Assembly (NCBI GenBank): GCA_020630175.1
Contig: JAHDBW010000004.1
Coordinates: 8,694 to 72,693 of the forward strand
Source: Anaerolineales bacterium
GTDB lineage: Bacteria; Chloroflexota; Anaerolineae; Anaerolineales; UBA6668
Reading direction: 5' to 3'
Length of the DNA: 64,000 bases
Shown: positions 19,829 to 28,018 of the stretch, piece by piece
Layout of the letters: each line of letters begins with the position of its first letter
How positions within the stretch are numbered: position 1 is the stretch's first letter
Translations under genes and position numbers: made by a program
The notes under the pieces: generated by a model
Seen by the model: only the letters and a program-made list of their open reading frames with translations
Told to the model about the DNA's origin: nothing
Database searches by the model: none

Positions 19829-20945
19829 GCCAAAAATCAAACTCGGTCTCATCTTTGGTGGACGGTCTGGTGAACACGAAGTGTCGCTAAATTCAGCACG
19901 CTCGGTGTATGCCGCTGTCAACAAAGATAAATATGACGTTACGCTCATCGGCATTACCAAAACTGGTCAATGGCTGCTAAGTGATGACGCCATTACTGCT
20001 TTAACTGCTGATTCTACGCATGGCGCGGCGATGCTGTTGCCAGATCCAACAGAGAAAGCACTGCTAAAAGTTTCGACTGATGCTGATGTGGCAACGCGTT
20101 CGGTCACGCCGTTGACTGAATTAGACGTGGTTTTCCCAGTGATGCATGGCACGTTTGGTGAGGACGGCGCAATTCAAGGTCTGTTTGAAATGGCAGATTT
20201 GGCGTACGTTGGCTCTGGCGTGGTTGGTAGTGCAGTCGGGATGGATAAAAGCATCTTCAAAGCGGTAATGCAAGCCAACAACATTCCAGTTTTGCCTTAT
20301 GTCAACACAACGCGCACCGCGTTGAATGCGGATGCCGCGCAAGTTATGGCTGAAATTGAAGGTGCGTTGACCTATCCCGTGTTTATTAAACCGGCGAATT
20401 TAGGGTCATCGGTCGGGATTTCAAAAGCAAGTAATGCCGCAGAGCTTGAGGCGGGCTTGATTGAAGCCGCGCGTTGGGATCGGCGCATTGTGATTGAGCA
20501 GGGCGTTGATGCCCGCGAAATTGAAGTTAGCGTGCTTGGCAATGATGAGCCAATTGCATCTATTGCCGGTGAAATCGCCCCGAAGCGTGATTTTTACGAC
20601 TATGAAGCGAAGTACGTTTCAGACGACTCTGACCTCATCATTCCAGCTGAGCTGAGTGAGGCGGACATGCAGTCTATGCGTGCGCTGGCCGTAGACGCTT
20701 ATAAAGCAATTGACTGCGCAGGGCTATCCCGCGTAGATTTTTTGATGGACCGCAACACCGATGAAGTGTGGATCAACGAGATCAACACCTTGCCGGGGTT
20801 CACAAGTATTAGTATGTATCCCAAATTGTGGGCAGCAAGCGGTATTGAGTATTCCGAACTTATAGATAAATTGATTGAATTGGCATTGGAACGCAAGCAG
20901 GATCGAGACGTCACAGTGCGGTCATTTGATGTTCCTGAGGCCTAG
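19821..20945 (+). CDS. ddl: D-alanine--D-alanine ligase
   Basis: GLIFGGRSGEHEVSL N-terminus, ATP-grasp PVFIKPANLGSSVGI and C-terminal NEINTLPGFT. Confidence 0.9.
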   Translation: MHKPKIKLGLIFGGRSGEHEVSLNSARSVYAAVNKDKYDVTLIGITKTGQWLLSDDAITALTADSTHGAAMLLPDPTEKALLKVSTDADVATRSVTPLTELDVVFPVMHGTFGEDGAIQGLFEMADLAYVGSGVVGSAVGMDKSIFKAVMQANNIPVLPYVNTTRTALNADAAQVMAEIEGALTYPVFIKPANLGSSVGISKASNAAELEAGLIEAARWDRRIVIEQGVDAREIEVSVLGNDEPIASIAGEIAPKRDFYDYEAKYVSDDSDLIIPAELSEADMQSMRALAVDAYKAIDCAGLSRVDFLMDRNTDEVWINEINTLPGFTSISMYPKLWAASGIEYSELIDKLIELALERKQDRDVTVRSFDVPEA

Positions 20946-20946
20946 T

Positions 20947-21897
20947 ATGAGTATATTTCGACGAGAGAAACCAACGCGCAATCGGCGCAAAACCAGCAGC
21001 TTTTCTAGCACAGTCCGCGCCCGGACACCGGAAGAGTTGGATCGCCGATTAAAGCAAAAACCAGCCCGTAAAACGCGTAAAACAACGCGGCGGCGCGCAG
21101 CCCAAACCTCACGGTTTGACTCAGCTGCCCCAATGGCGCTGGGCAATACCCGCGTTCGTGACCGTTCTGAGCGGACGAAGATTGAAATTGATCCAGCGAT
21201 TTTTGCGCTGGGCTGGCGCTACTTGAGCCTCGCAATCTTGCTAAGCACGCTATCAGCATTGGTTTGGCTGCACATGGATGACCGTTTCTATGTCTTTTCA
21301 GCCGAAATGGACAACGTGCAATACATCAATCCAGATGATGTATTTATGAACAGCGGCTTGTTTGGTATCAACATTTTTTGGGTTGATGAAGCCGGTGCCG
21401 CCGAGCGCATTATGATGGCGAATAAGGGCTTGCTAACCGATGCAACGGTTGAAGTAGTTTGGCCCGGTAAGGTGCTGATCTCTGTTGTAGAAAAAACACC
21501 GGCCATGATCTGGAAGCAAGGCGAACGCGCTGTGTGGGTTGACGACGCTGGCGTTGTAATTTCTGAAGCGAACGACTCGGTTGATTTATTACCAATTATT
21601 GTTGACGATGGTTCGCTTGCATTAGACATTGAAGACACCGTGCCGCTAGTGGCGATGAACACCGCCCGCGATTTGAAAGCCTTACGGGGCAACATCGAAA
21701 TGCTGCACTACGACAAACTGAACGGCATTTCTTATCAAGATGGCCGGGGCTGGCGCGTGTACTTTGGGATCGAAAACGATATCGAAGCGAAACTTGTCCG
21801 CTACGAGAGCTTTGTCGCGACTGAAGTTGAGCCGTCTGGCGTTGTTCCAAGCGGCATCAAAGTATTGGACCCTGAAGCAATTTTTATCGTACCGTAA
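20947..21897 (+). CDS. ftsQ: Cell division protein FtsQ (POTRA domain) with a long basic N-terminal tail
   Basis: An Arg/Lys-rich cytoplasmic tail, one TM helix (YLSLAILLSTLSALVWL), then a POTRA-like beta/alpha region. The ATG at 20947 follows the ddl stop. It occupies the ftsQ slot. Confidence 0.7.
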   Translation: MSIFRREKPTRNRRKTSSFSSTVRARTPEELDRRLKQKPARKTRKTTRRRAAQTSRFDSAAPMALGNTRVRDRSERTKIEIDPAIFALGWRYLSLAILLSTLSALVWLHMDDRFYVFSAEMDNVQYINPDDVFMNSGLFGINIFWVDEAGAAERIMMANKGLLTDATVEVVWPGKVLISVVEKTPAMIWKQGERAVWVDDAGVVISEANDSVDLLPIIVDDGSLALDIEDTVPLVAMNTARDLKALRGNIEMLHYDKLNGISYQDGRGWRVYFGIENDIEAKLVRYESFVATEVEPSGVVPSGIKVLDPEAIFIVP

Positions 21898-21912
21898 AGG
21901 TTTTATTGAAGT

Positions 21913-23151
21913 ATGACGATTTTTTCCGTAATTGATATTGGCTCTAGCAAGACCACCGTGCTGGTTGCACAGTCTTATGAAGATGGCCGTTACGACATCA
22001 TTGGTGTTGGCGTGGCTGAATCAAAAGGTGTGAAACGCGGTGTGATTGTTGATGTCAATAGTGCGACCAATTCAATCCAAGAGGCTGTCACCAAAGCTGA
22101 ACGCACGGCCGGGGTTGAAATTGTTAGCGCCTTTGTAAATCTTTCTGGTAAACACGCCGATTCGCTCAACAATAGCGGGGTGGTTGGCATCAACGATAAC
22201 CGTGCGATTGACGAAGAAGATATTGATCGTGCGCTGGATAGTGCGCGGGCTATTTCTGTGGCGTATGACCGTGAAGTTGTACACATTATTCCGCGTGGTT
22301 TCACGGTGGATGGGCAAGATGGCGTCAAATCGCCGCTTAATATGCACGGCTTTCGGCTTGAAGTTGAAGCGCACATCATTACCGCCTCAACTGCGGCCAT
22401 GCAAAACGTTGCGCAGTGTGTCAACGAAGCCAATATTGATATCGTCGGCACAATCCTAAGTCCCTTGGCGAGTGCGCAATCTGTGCTCACAGAAACTGAG
22501 CGCGAGATGGGCATTATGGTGTGCGACATTGGTGAAGGCACCACGGATATTGCCGTTTACATTGAAGGAAGCATCTGGCACTCACGGGTGTTAGATATTG
22601 GCGGTGAGCGGATTACCGGTGACATTATGATGGGCTTACAGGTCGATCAGGTCTCTGCGGAACAGCTCAAAAAGCAATACGGACACGCAGTGCGCAATGA
22701 AGTCAGCCCCTCTGAAAAGTTCATTGCCAGCCCACTGGGGTCCGATCGAATGCAAGAATACTCGCGGGCGCGCTTGGCAGAAATTGTTGAAGCACGCACG
22801 GAAGAGATTTTCGTTATGGTCCAGCGCGAAATTAAGCGCGCCGGCTATGACAACCTACTGTCAGCGGGCATTGTGCTCACTGGCGGGACTGCGCAATTGA
22901 GTGGAGTGAGCTCAGTTGCCAAGCGCGTTTTGAACTTACCAGCGCGCGTTGCTGAACCACAAAAAATGACCGGTTTGGTGGAACGGATCCAAGGGCCAGC
23001 TTTTGCAACAAGCAGCGGCATGGTGGATTGGGTTGCCACTTATTACGGCGGCGAAACGACAAAAACGCGCCGCCGCAAATCAGCGCCTGTGTCAAAACGA
23101 AGTGAGCAAGGCAGCACTATTAATAAATGGTTGGAACGGTTCCTACCATAG
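21913..23151 (+). CDS. ftsA: Cell division protein FtsA
   Basis: Actin-fold motifs VIDIGSSKT, DIGEGTTDIAV and GIVLTGGTAQL. It lies directly upstream of ftsZ. Confidence 0.9.
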   Translation: MTIFSVIDIGSSKTTVLVAQSYEDGRYDIIGVGVAESKGVKRGVIVDVNSATNSIQEAVTKAERTAGVEIVSAFVNLSGKHADSLNNSGVVGINDNRAIDEEDIDRALDSARAISVAYDREVVHIIPRGFTVDGQDGVKSPLNMHGFRLEVEAHIITASTAAMQNVAQCVNEANIDIVGTILSPLASAQSVLTETEREMGIMVCDIGEGTTDIAVYIEGSIWHSRVLDIGGERITGDIMMGLQVDQVSAEQLKKQYGHAVRNEVSPSEKFIASPLGSDRMQEYSRARLAEIVEARTEEIFVMVQREIKRAGYDNLLSAGIVLTGGTAQLSGVSSVAKRVLNLPARVAEPQKMTGLVERIQGPAFATSSGMVDWVATYYGGETTKTRRRKSAPVSKRSEQGSTINKWLERFLP

Positions 23152-23231
23152 AGAAAAAGCATGTGAAACGTTTGCGCTTAGGCGTGAAACAGGGGATAAT
23201 TAGTCTACCCCGCAGGAGGATTATTTAGCAG

Positions 23232-24476
23232 ATGGAAGGTTTTAGAGCACCTAAACACAACCGTGGTAGCAGCCAACAACAGGCCGCTAATCAGCATCCA
23301 GCGTATTCAGAATTCGCTTCGGATAGCAGGAGACCAGATATGCAACCAGCCCCTCAAAATGAGACATTCGCCCGTATTAAAGTGGTGGGTGTTGGTGGTG
23401 GCGGTCAGAATGCTGTCAACCGTATGATTGAAGTTGGTATGACTGGCGTTGAATTTATCGCCGTCAATACTGACGCTCAAGCGTTGTTGAACTCTAACGC
23501 GCCACGTCGCGTTCGGATTGGCGACAAACTTACCCGCGGCCTCGGTGCTGGCGGGAACCCAGACACCGGCCGCAAAGCTGCCGAAGAATCTGGTGAAGAA
23601 CTCATGGAAGTGCTCAAGGGCGCAGACATGGTGTTCGTAACAGCTGGCATGGGTGGCGGTACTGGTACCGGCGCAGCGGCAGTTGTTGCAAAAGCAGCCA
23701 AAGACATGGGCGCATTGACCATTGGTGTGGTCACCAAGCCGTTTATGTTTGAAGGCGTCCGCCGTTCTGAAATGGCAGACACTGGCATCCAAGCACTAAA
23801 AGAAAGTGCCGACACCTTGATTGTGATCCCGAACGATCGCTTGCTACAAATTGTAGACAAACGTGCGTCGATCATGGATGCATTCAGCACCGCTGATGAA
23901 GTGTTGCGCCAAGGTATTCAAGGCATTTCTGAACTGATTACCATTCCTGGCCTGATCAACCTTGACTTTGCAGACGTAAAAGCAATTATGTCTTCAGGTG
24001 GGGCGGCGTTGATGGCTGTTGGCGTTGGCGAAGGCGACGAACGTGCGCGCGCTGCTGCACAACAAGCAATCAAGAGCGAATTGCTGGACGTTACCATTGA
24101 CGGTGCGCGTGGCATTTTGTTCAACGTGACTGGTGGCCCAGACCTGAGCTTGTTTGAAGTCAATCAGGCGGCAGCAATTATCAAAGAAACTGCACATCCA
24201 GATGTGAACCTGATCTTTGGTGCTGTGATTGACCCTAACATGGGTGATGAACTGCGCGTTACAGTCATTGCGACCGGGTTTGACGATCAACGTTCTGTTC
24301 GCCGTGCATCTACACGTGCTTCACGCGTACGCCGCACCAACGAACAAACCCAACCGTCTGCACCAACGGAACACACTGAAAGTGCTGAAAAGCCACGCGA
24401 GAATTTCTTCGAACGTCGGACTTACAGCACTGATGATTTGGACATTCCTGCCTTCTTACGCCGCGATCGCAAATAG
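23232..24476 (+). CDS. ftsZ: Cell division GTPase FtsZ
   Basis: [13 protein letters not shown], tubulin signature [18 protein letters not shown], and the C-terminal peptide [11 protein letters not shown]. An alternative start at ATG 23340 is preceded by AGGAG, so the N-terminus is uncertain. Confidence 0.95.
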   Translation: MEGFRAPKHNRGSSQQQAANQHPAYSEFASDSRRPDMQPAPQNETFARIKVVGVGGGGQNAVNRMIEVGMTGVEFIAVNTDAQALLNSNAPRRVRIGDKLTRGLGAGGNPDTGRKAAEESGEELMEVLKGADMVFVTAGMGGGTGTGAAAVVAKAAKDMGALTIGVVTKPFMFEGVRRSEMADTGIQALKESADTLIVIPNDRLLQIVDKRASIMDAFSTADEVLRQGIQGISELITIPGLINLDFADVKAIMSSGGAALMAVGVGEGDERARAAAQQAIKSELLDVTIDGARGILFNVTGGPDLSLFEVNQAAAIIKETAHPDVNLIFGAVIDPNMGDELRVTVIATGFDDQRSVRRASTRASRVRRTNEQTQPSAPTEHTESAEKPRENFFERRTYSTDDLDIPAFLRRDRK

Positions 24477-24526
24477 CAATCTGCCGTGTAAGGGTGGCAT
24501 CTGCTAAGCAGCCTGCCTAGACACTA

Positions 24527-24568
24527 AAAGCCGCATGCTCTGAATAGAGTTTGCGGCTTTTGTGTTTT
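24527..24568 (+). terminator. Intrinsic terminator of the dcw operon
   Basis: Stem AAAGCCGCA (24527-24535) / TGCGGCTTT (24552-24560) followed by TGTGTTTT. Confidence 0.7.
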
Positions 24569-24584
24569 AAGCGCCAACTGTTTT

Positions 24585-24636
24585 ACTACCCCATATATGG
24601 GGTAGTTGTATTTAATACAAGCGTTATATGCGGTGT
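24585..24636. promoter_or_regulatory. Distal NrdR-box-like pair: a perfect 22-bp palindrome plus a weaker partner
   Basis: ACTACCCCATATATGGGGTAGT (24585-24606) is self-complementary, and its core matches the NrdR-box consensus acaCwAtATaTwGtgt at 12 of 16 positions. GCGTTATATGCGGTGT (24621-36) matches 10 of 16, about 31-33 bp centre to centre. Confidence 0.45.
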
Positions 24637-24915
24637 AAATTGATCAATATTGTGCGGGTTTTGTGATTTGCAAATATATAAGAGCCGCTGATATTTTGAT
24701 CATAGCGTTTGAAATTCGTTCGGATCGGGAATAATTCCTGTTTCTTTAGCTTCGTTTGCAAATCGAATTCTTTAAGAAATGTAATACCTTAACGCAATTC
24801 TCTAGTGCTTTTAGAGAGGAATTATGAATATGTGTCTTTTTCATATTTACTGATAAATCTTGAATTCTTTTAAGAAAACAAACAGTTAAATTAGTCTTGG
24901 GAATCAGTCTGATTA

Positions 24916-24982
24916 TGCTATACTTTTTGAGCACATCCTGTATATAGGGTGTCTTTTTATTTACCGCCCCTATATGTGGCGT
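24916..24982 (+). promoter_or_regulatory. nrdR promoter (extended -10 TGCTATACT) overlapped by a tandem NrdR-box pair
   Basis: TGC+TATACT at 24916-24924. Box A is ATCCTGTATATAGGGT (24935-50, 12 of 16 to consensus) and box B is CCCCTATATGTGGCGT (24967-82, 11 of 16). Their centres are 32 bp apart, which is the canonical tandem spacing, and they lie 27 nt upstream of the nrdR ATG. Confidence 0.6.
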
Positions 24983-25008
24983 AAGACAAATGTTCTCTGA
25001 AGCCTGTT

Positions 25009-25455
25009 ATGCAGTGTCCTTATTGTAAAAATACGTCGTCAAGCGTTATTGACACGAACCATGATGCCAAAGGTGGTATCCGCCGAAGACGTGTTTGCAA
25101 CGGGTGCAAAGAACGCTTTAGTACATACGAACGTTCGATCTTATCTACGCCGTTAGTCATTAAGAAAACTGGCGTACGGGATGAGTTCAACCGCGATAAA
25201 TTACTGCGTGGTTTGCGCATTGCATGTGCAAAACGGCCCGTAGCGGCATCTGACATTGATAAATTAGTCGATGAAGTTGAGGCCAAGCTACAGTCAATGG
25301 GGAAGTCTGAAGTCGATTCGCGCATTGTTGGCGATATGGTTTTAGAACGCCTCAAACTCTTAGATCAAGTTGCATACATTCGTTATGCAATTGTTTACCT
25401 CAAGCTTGATGATCTTGAATCGGTTCAAACTGAGATCAATGAATTATTGAGCTGA
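25009..25455 (+). CDS. nrdR: Transcriptional repressor NrdR
   Basis: Zinc ribbon MQCPYCKN...RRRRVCNGC followed by an ATP-cone (VIKKTGVRDEFNRDKLLRGL). Confidence 0.95.
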   Translation: MQCPYCKNTSSSVIDTNHDAKGGIRRRRVCNGCKERFSTYERSILSTPLVIKKTGVRDEFNRDKLLRGLRIACAKRPVAASDIDKLVDEVEAKLQSMGKSEVDSRIVGDMVLERLKLLDQVAYIRYAIVYLKLDDLESVQTEINELLS

Positions 25456-25615
25456 CACACTTTAGGTTAGTACAACACTCTTAACCTAAGCAGGAAATGG
25501 AAGGGCTGTTTTCAACAGCAATTGGCGAAGCCTCCTCAGCTTCAATTGGTACACGTCGCACAACACCTTCGGTTGCGACCATTCACAACGTAGATACTAA
25601 TTTCGCAAGGACAAC

Positions 25616-25656
25616 ACACGTCCCGTTTATGGGATGTGTTCTTTTTGTGTCTTTGT
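25616..25656 (+). terminator. Intrinsic terminator/attenuator inside the nrdR-nrdJ spacer
   Basis: A 9-bp stem ACACGTCCC (25616-24) / GGGATGTGT (25631-39, with one G-U pair), loop GTTTAT, then TTCTTTTTGTGTCTTTG. It ends about 15 nt before the nrdJ AGGAG. Confidence 0.6.
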
Positions 25657-25680
25657 AAAACTTATTCTTTAGGAGAAAAG

Positions 25681-27939
25681 ATGTTAAACGTCCAACCCCA
25701 ACCACAGGTCAACGGCCACCTGCCTGTTCCGCAGTCAGTTGTTAAGCGCGATGGTCGTGTGGTCGATTTTGATGCGTCTCGCATTGAAAATGCGCTCGCC
25801 CGCTGTTTTGCCAGTATTAATGTATTGCCCAAAACTTCGGTTGAAGACCTAACACACCAAGTTGTGAATGTGGTCAGTGCTAAAACACAACAGCCAACAG
25901 TAGAAGACGTGCAAGATATTGTTGAAATTGTGTTGCAAGCTGCAGGCGAATATGAAGCCGCGAAACATTACATTTTGTATCGTAATGAACATAATAAGTT
26001 GCGGTCAGCGCGCCCAGTTCCAACTGACGTAAAAGACGCCTTCAATCAATCTGCAGAATACTTCCCAACTGAAATTCAACAGTTCCAGTTTTATGATAAA
26101 TACTCACGCTTCAATTATGAAAAAGGGCGTCGTGAAACTTGGATTGAAACCGTAGACCGCGCTGTCAATTACCTGCGCGAAATTTCTGATCATCGCTTGC
26201 CAAATGAAGTGTATGAACGCCTGCACACCGGCATTTTGGAAATGCGCGTCATGCCATCAATGCGCTTGTTGGCAATGGCTGGGCCAGCTGCACGCCGCAA
26301 CAATATTGCAATGTACAACTGTTCTTACATGTCAGTGGACTGCATCGACGCATTTGTAGAAGCGCTAATCATTTCAATGAGCGGCTGTGGGGTTGGCTAT
26401 TCAGTAGAACGCCAATATGTTGAACAATTCCCACGTGTCAAACGTCAAAAGAAACAAGCACCAAAGAAATTTGTTGTCCCAGATACCTCAGAAGGGTGGT
26501 CTGAATCTTTACGGGTTGGCCTGAACGCTTGGTTCAATGGTGAAGATGTTGAGTTCGATTACAGCGAAGTTCGTGAAGCTGGCGCGCCACTGCGCATCAA
26601 AGGTGGCCGGGCAAGTGGCCCAGAACCGCTCCGCAAAACGCTAGACTTTACCCGCACCAAAATTTTGGCACGCCAAGGCACGTTCATTCGTCCGCTCGAT
26701 GCACATGACATTATGTGCTCAGTTGGGAATGCTGCGGTGTCTGGCGGTGTGCGCCGCACGGCAATGATCGCATTGTTTGACTTCGATGATAACGAAATGC
26801 GCTCATGTAAAAATGGCGAAAATCTTAGCGGTAACGAACAACGCTGGAATGCAAACAACTCTGCTGTTTGGCCAAACCGAGAACTTTCACAAAGTGAAAT
26901 TCAACGTTTCGTTTTGGAAATGGTCGAATCTGGCCGTGGTGAACCGGGCATTTTCAACCGTGCTGCTGCGGTTTCAACCCGTCCAGGCCGCCGGGCAGAC
27001 GCTGTGTTTGGCACAAATCCATGTGGCGAAATTATTCTGCGCCCGAATCAATTCTGTAACCTCACCAGTGCCGTTGCCCGCGCTGATGACACGCTAGAAA
27101 CGCTATCGGACAAAGTTGAACTCGCAACGATCTTGGGCACAATCCAATCAATGGCGACCTACTTCCCAGGGTTACGACCAATTTGGGCAGAAAACTGCGC
27201 CGAAGAACGCTTGCTTGGTGTCGACCTGAACGGCCAAATGGACAGCAAAGTTGCGCAAGATCCAAAAGCACAAGCTAGGTTCCAAGAAATTGCAGTTGAA
27301 ACCAATCGCCAATATTCAAAAGCATTGGGCATCAACATGTCAGCGTCAATTACTTGTGTGAAGCCATCTGGTAACTCATCGCAATTGCTCAACAGCTCTT
27401 CAGGTATTCACGCACGCTGGGCACCACACTATATCCGTAACATTCGGGTTGGGGCGCACTCACCATTGTTCAAGGTTCTGCGCGATACCGGTGCCCCAAT
27501 GGATCCTGAAAATGGTCAAACGCCAGAAAACGCAGATACTTGGGTTGTGCATTTCCCAGTCAAGTCTCCAGCTGGAGCTGTGACGCGTAACGAACGTTCT
27601 GCGTTACAACAATGTGAATTCTGGTTGCAAAATAAAACGCAATATACAGAACACAATCCAAGCGTGACCATTACATATCGGCCGCACGAAGTGTTAGATA
27701 TCACCCGCTGGATTTGGGAAAACCAAGACAAGATTGGCGGGATGGCGTTCTTGCCTGCATTTGATGCAAACTATGATCAAATGCCATATATCGAAATTTC
27801 AGAGGAAGAATACAAGAAGCAGGCCAACAACTTCCCAGATGTAGATTTCTCAAAAATCTATCGCTATGAAGAAACGGACCTCACCAAAGCCGCGCAAGAA
27901 CTTGCTTGTATGGCGGGGTATTGCGATTTCGATCTCTAA
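25681..27939 (+). CDS. nrdJ: Class II (adenosylcobalamin-dependent) ribonucleoside reductase NrdJ with N-terminal ATP-cone
   Basis: ATP-cone VVKRDGRVVDFDASRIENAL, the active-site region TNPCGEI, and RNR barrel segments. Start is set to ATG 25681, preceded by AGGAG at 25671-75; the track start at 25636 lies inside the terminator hairpin. Confidence 0.9.
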   Translation: MLNVQPQPQVNGHLPVPQSVVKRDGRVVDFDASRIENALARCFASINVLPKTSVEDLTHQVVNVVSAKTQQPTVEDVQDIVEIVLQAAGEYEAAKHYILYRNEHNKLRSARPVPTDVKDAFNQSAEYFPTEIQQFQFYDKYSRFNYEKGRRETWIETVDRAVNYLREISDHRLPNEVYERLHTGILEMRVMPSMRLLAMAGPAARRNNIAMYNCSYMSVDCIDAFVEALIISMSGCGVGYSVERQYVEQFPRVKRQKKQAPKKFVVPDTSEGWSESLRVGLNAWFNGEDVEFDYSEVREAGAPLRIKGGRASGPEPLRKTLDFTRTKILARQGTFIRPLDAHDIMCSVGNAAVSGGVRRTAMIALFDFDDNEMRSCKNGENLSGNEQRWNANNSAVWPNRELSQSEIQRFVLEMVESGRGEPGIFNRAAAVSTRPGRRADAVFGTNPCGEIILRPNQFCNLTSAVARADDTLETLSDKVELATILGTIQSMATYFPGLRPIWAENCAEERLLGVDLNGQMDSKVAQDPKAQARFQEIAVETNRQYSKALGINMSASITCVKPSGNSSQLLNSSSGIHARWAPHYIRNIRVGAHSPLFKVLRDTGAPMDPENGQTPENADTWVVHFPVKSPAGAVTRNERSALQQCEFWLQNKTQYTEHNPSVTITYRPHEVLDITRWIWENQDKIGGMAFLPAFDANYDQMPYIEISEEEYKKQANNFPDVDFSKIYRYEETDLTKAAQELACMAGYCDFDL

Positions 27940-27970
27940 ACTGTACCTTTGACTCAATTCACGTAAAATA

Positions 27971-28006
27971 GGGCGCGGCCAATTTGGTCGCGCCTTTTTT
28001 GTTTTT
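27971..28006 (+). terminator. Intrinsic terminator after nrdJ
   Basis: GGCGCGGCC (27972-80) / GGTCGCGCC (27986-94) followed by TTTTTTGTTTTT. Confidence 0.8.
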
Positions 28007-28018
28007 GGAGAAATTGAG

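Noticed and set aside
21990-22544. Long antisense ORFs inside well-supported genes (21990-22544 in ftsA, 23307-23890 in ftsZ, 55168-55770 in selB, 4478-5281 in the VWA gene, 35473-35970 and others)
   Set aside because: They lie opposite genes with strong motif support and encode low-complexity Ser/Ala/Arg-rich products typical of antisense frames at this G+C content. None has independent support.
23159-23200. Direct repeat GTGAAAC...GTGAAAC between ftsA and ftsZ as a regulatory site
   Set aside because: It is only a 7-mer repeated once in a short spacer, which is compatible with chance. I have no known factor to attach to it.
24746-24934. 62-aa minus-strand ORF in the ftsZ-nrdR spacer
   Set aside because: It is AT-rich and low-complexity, has no Shine-Dalgarno sequence, overlaps the nrdR promoter and box region, and contains no recognisable motif.
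25636-25680. Track start codon for nrdJ at 25636 (MFFLCLCKTYSLGEK...)
   Set aside because: These codons lie inside the terminator stem and U-tract. ATG 25681 has a proper AGGAG 5-6 nt upstream, and the conserved ATP-cone begins shortly after it.
25456-25680. Cobalamin riboswitch upstream of the B12-dependent RNR
   Set aside because: I found no B12-box (GCCACTG-type core) or the associated conserved GGTG..AA..CC elements. B12 riboswitches usually control B12-independent alternatives rather than nrdJ.
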